Assembly: GCA_038736825.1 (NCBI GenBank)
Contig: JAVYME010000005.1
Span: forward strand, 1-32,000
Source of the DNA: Candidatus Iainarchaeum sp.
GTDB taxonomy: Archaea; Iainarchaeota; Iainarchaeia; Iainarchaeales; DTGL01
Direction: 5' to 3'
DNA: 32,000 nt
In this document: piece by piece, positions 31,748 through 32,000 of the stretch
Layout of the letters: each line of letters begins with the position of its first letter
Position numbering within the stretch: position 1 is the stretch's first letter
The notes under the pieces: model-generated
Database searches by the model: none
What the model saw: the letters and a program-made list of their open reading frames with translations, nothing else
What the model was told of the DNA's origin: nothing
Translations under genes and position numbers: made by a program

Positions 31748-32000
31748 ATGCAAAAGAGGGTTTTTATTGGAGATTTCAAGGTTGGCGCGAGAGAGCGCGA
31801 GCTGGTGCAAAAAGTGCTTGAATCAAACAGGCTTTCTGAATGGAAAATGGTGGAAGAATTCGAGAGAAAATTTGCTTTATATGTTCAAAGAAAGCATGCG
31901 GTTGCATTCAATTCTGGCACTTCCGCTGAAATTTGTGCCTTTGAAGCATTAAAGCAAGGCAACTTGGTTGACTGCAAGGAAAAGCCTTTAGTGCTAACAA
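31748..32000 (+). CDS. DegT/DnrJ/EryC1/StrS-family sugar aminotransferase (N-terminal part; continues past the window end)
   Basis: This ORF is not in the supplied track because it has no stop inside the window. From ATG 31748 the translation is MQKRVFIGDFKVGARERELVQKVLESNRLSEWKMVEEFERKFALYVQRKHAVAFNSGTSAEICAFEALK..., the typical DegT N-terminus (...FE..FA.Y......A.NSGTSA). Confidence 0.8.
   Translation, partial: MQKRVFIGDFKVGARERELVQKVLESNRLSEWKMVEEFERKFALYVQRKHAVAFNSGTSAEICAFEALKQGNLVDCKEKPLVLT

Noticed and set aside
31716-31952. Track ORF of 78 aa on the plus strand near the window end
   Set aside because: It is in a different frame from the ATG-31748 ORF, whose translation is a textbook DegT/DnrJ/EryC1 N-terminus. 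The 78-aa product (MVLLIIFKWLECKRGFLLEISRLARE...) has no motif.

Overview
AT-rich, gene-dense archaeal chromosomal segment with about 40 genes, short intergenic spacers, GGNGG-type Shine-Dalgarno boxes, TTTAAA-type TATA boxes and poly-T terminators. The archaeal origin is clear from a TATA-box binding protein, the conserved L21e-Rpo4(RpoF)-DUF655-KsgA cluster, an Ogg2-type glycosylase, AMP phosphorylase and an AglB/STT3 oligosaccharyltransferase. The small-gene, low-GC style suggests a reduced-genome (DPANN-like) archaeon, but I cannot confirm that without a search. Content by position: (i) 0-3.9 kb, nucleotide metabolism (pyrF, LOG-superfamily protein, M20 hydrolase, AMP phosphorylase). (ii) 3.9-6.9 kb, information-processing genes plus a stand-alone 5S rRNA gene. 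(iii) 7.0-9.3 kb, three consecutive, very basic orphan ORFs with atypically high GC; one carries an 11-residue (33-nt) Gly/Ala repeat array. This is the least explicable part of the window. (iv) 9.4-10.9 kb, a solitary MIO-type histidine ammonia-lyase, followed by about 600 nt of uncertain coding status. (v) 12.2-14.2 kb, an ArsR-NifS-NifU minimal Fe-S module. (vi) 14.2-19.5 kb, a tightly coupled five-gene, eukaryote-like N-glycosylation operon (AglB, Alg7-like, Alg14-like, Alg13-like, GT2). (vii) 19.5-26.6 kb, membrane and osmotic-homeostasis genes (MscS, PspC, TrkH/TrkA, small membrane proteins) mixed with housekeeping enzymes. (viii) 26.7-32 kb, a translationally coupled B12-radical-SAM + membrane GT2 pair (HpnJ/HpnI-like by motif recall), an AAA/DUF4143 ATPase, YjbQ, a Dol-P-sugar synthase and a DegT aminotransferase. 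I found no CRISPR array, transposase, integrase or tRNA gene. All functional calls rest on motif recognition in the supplied translations; no database search was possible.
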